A stretch of 64,000 bases of DNA, taken from the NCBI RefSeq assembly GCF_009914755.1, contig NC_060938.1; one strand, written 5' to 3'. Of the stretch, positions 61,712 to 64,000 are shown in pieces. The translations under genes and the position numbers were made by a program. How positions within the stretch are numbered: position 1 is the first letter of the stretch; each line of letters begins with the position of its first letter. Origin of the DNA: the human T2T-CHM13v2.0 reference genome, Homo sapiens. The notes below the pieces were generated by a model. It ran no database searches and was not told the origin of the DNA. It saw only the letters and a program-made list of their open reading frames with translations.

Positions 61712-61815
61712 GTAATTTTTTTGTAATTTTGAATAAAGTTTTTATTCAAATGTATATGATTTAAAAGTTTTTACCTATATCTCTATTATGCTAACATGGA
61801 AATTTAAATCTGTAG

Positions 61816-61948
61816 GAGAGTTCCAAAAAGCCAAAAAACATGTATTACCCAATTCTAATAATGTGGGGATTACAGATTGTTTGTTGGAAGAGTCATCACC
61901 TAAATTACCCAGACAGTCACCTGGATCCCAGAGTAAAGATCTACTGAG
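61816..61948 (+). CDS. G2E3: G2E3 exon 10 (133 nt): [43 protein letters not shown]; gene continues beyond the window
   Basis: ctgtag| ... GAG|GTATGT; cumulative CDS 1010 nt with no stop. Confidence 0.93.
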
Positions 61949-62157
61949 GTATGTATTTTGAATTGGAGAAATACATAAAAATCTATTTGGAGAAAATTAT
62001 GATAGGAAATGCCATATACATTTAGAATATTAGGTGATCATACAGTAGTCTAGAAGAATGTTTTTCAGCCTTCAGGACCCAACATTTGATCATGAAATCA
62101 ATGCAACCAGCATTTTAAAGAAAATGAAATGGGATAGAATAGAATACAAAATACCAA

Positions 62158-62225
62158 ACTGCATCATACGTGGGAAAAGTGTATCTATCCTACTGCATCA
62201 TACGTGGGAAAAGTGTATCTATCCT
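62158..62225. repeat. Perfect 34-bp tandem duplication
   Basis: actgcatcatacgtgggaaaagtgtatctatcct x2. Confidence 0.97.
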
Positions 62226-62419
62226 AATTATTTTTTTGTGTACTGAGTAATGATGTAAAATATATTTTTTATTATAGATCACTTTCAAGATAGTTTGAAA
62301 AACACTGGTCTGGAAAATGTACTTAAAATGTTATTTGATTATAGAGTAAGACAGGAAAGTAAAATATCAAGCATACCGTGTCACCTTATTAAAAGGAAAG
62401 AATCCTATTTAATATAGAA

Positions 62420-62801
<382 letters not shown>

Positions 62802-62832
62802 TAGAAAGTTTAAGGCATACATACTATTATCA

Positions 62833-63198
<366 letters not shown>

Positions 63199-63377
63199 TT
63201 AAATAAGACTGGAATTACATCTTTATAATGTTGGGTATTTGTTCAGCTGTAGTTAAGATTTTTAAGTTTATATAGATTTGCAAAAGAGTTTTTAGAGCCT
63301 TGCTTTACCCAATAGGGAAGAAGTAGAAAATTAGTCGCTAAGCATGATGAAATACTTTCTTGTTAAAAATAATTTCA

Positions 63378-63667
63378 GGCTGGGCATGGTGACTCATACC
63401 TGTAATCCCAACAGTTTGGGAGGCTAAGGTGGGAGGATCATTTGAACCCTGGAGTTCGAAACCAGTCTGGGCAATATTACGAAACTCTGTCTCAACAAAA
63501 ATATTTTGAGAAAATAGCCAGGTATGGTGGTGTGCACCTGTAGTCCTAGCTAGGCAAGAGGCTGAGGTGGGAGGATCATTTGAGCCCAGGAGTTCAAGCT
63601 GCAATGAGCTATGATCATGCCACTATACTCTCACCTGAGTGACACAGCAAGACCTTGTCTCTAAAAA
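63378..63667 (+). mobile_element. AluJ
   Basis: Dimer with ggaggatcatttgagcccagg. Confidence 0.92.
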
Positions 63668-64000
63668 GTTTCAAGTTTAAAACCTTAGAAGATAGTAAAG
63701 AGAATTTTTGTGAAAACATTTGATAACTGGATTTGCAGACAGGTAGAATATTAAGTACTCTTTCAAAATGTGAAGAATATCTGTTTTACTATGCCACTTG
63801 TGTTAGCTCTACTGAAAAATCTGTTACAAATATTGTTATAACACTTTTAGTATCAAAATAGATGTTCACATTATTTTAAAATAATTTTAATATTGAGATT
63901 TCCAAAGACGCTACACCAGGGAAGCTTGACTCCTTGCTCCTGCTTTAACATGCAGTCATATTTAGAAGAATAGCATCAGCATTCCCCTGATCCAGGCAGG

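Overview
Primate genomic DNA, almost certainly human or a very close great ape (AluY, LTR12 and LTR13 present). The window holds about 19 kb of repeat-rich upstream sequence, a CpG-island promoter, and the 5' part of G2E3 (G2/M-phase-specific E3 ubiquitin ligase) on the + strand. G2E3 comprises non-coding exon 1 (ends 19091), a 21.8 kb intron 1, and coding exons 2-10. I spliced these by hand at GT-AG sites into 1010 nt of open CDS ([20 protein letters not shown]...SQSKDLL) covering the three PHD/RING zinc modules; the HECT exons lie beyond the window. Upstream are a decayed SYF2 processed pseudogene (- strand), a solo LTR12 (ERV9) inserted in an old L1, and a MER39-type LTR. Intron 1 carries a sense solo LTR13, long L1M relics and a twin-primed (inverted) L1PA. 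Most ORFs in the supplied track are Alu, L1, LTR or CpG-island artefacts. I cannot support a new multi-gene system. The most unusual directly visible items are: a perfect 53-bp inverted templated insertion inside an Alu; two further template-switch scars; a poly(A) signal inside a perfect hairpin in the 104-nt intron that follows the PHD/RING region; an LTR12 promoter pointing at a pseudogene-derived de novo ORF; and about 1 kb of apparently captured DNA inside an L1. Repeat subfamily names come from my recollection of consensus sequences and are unverified.
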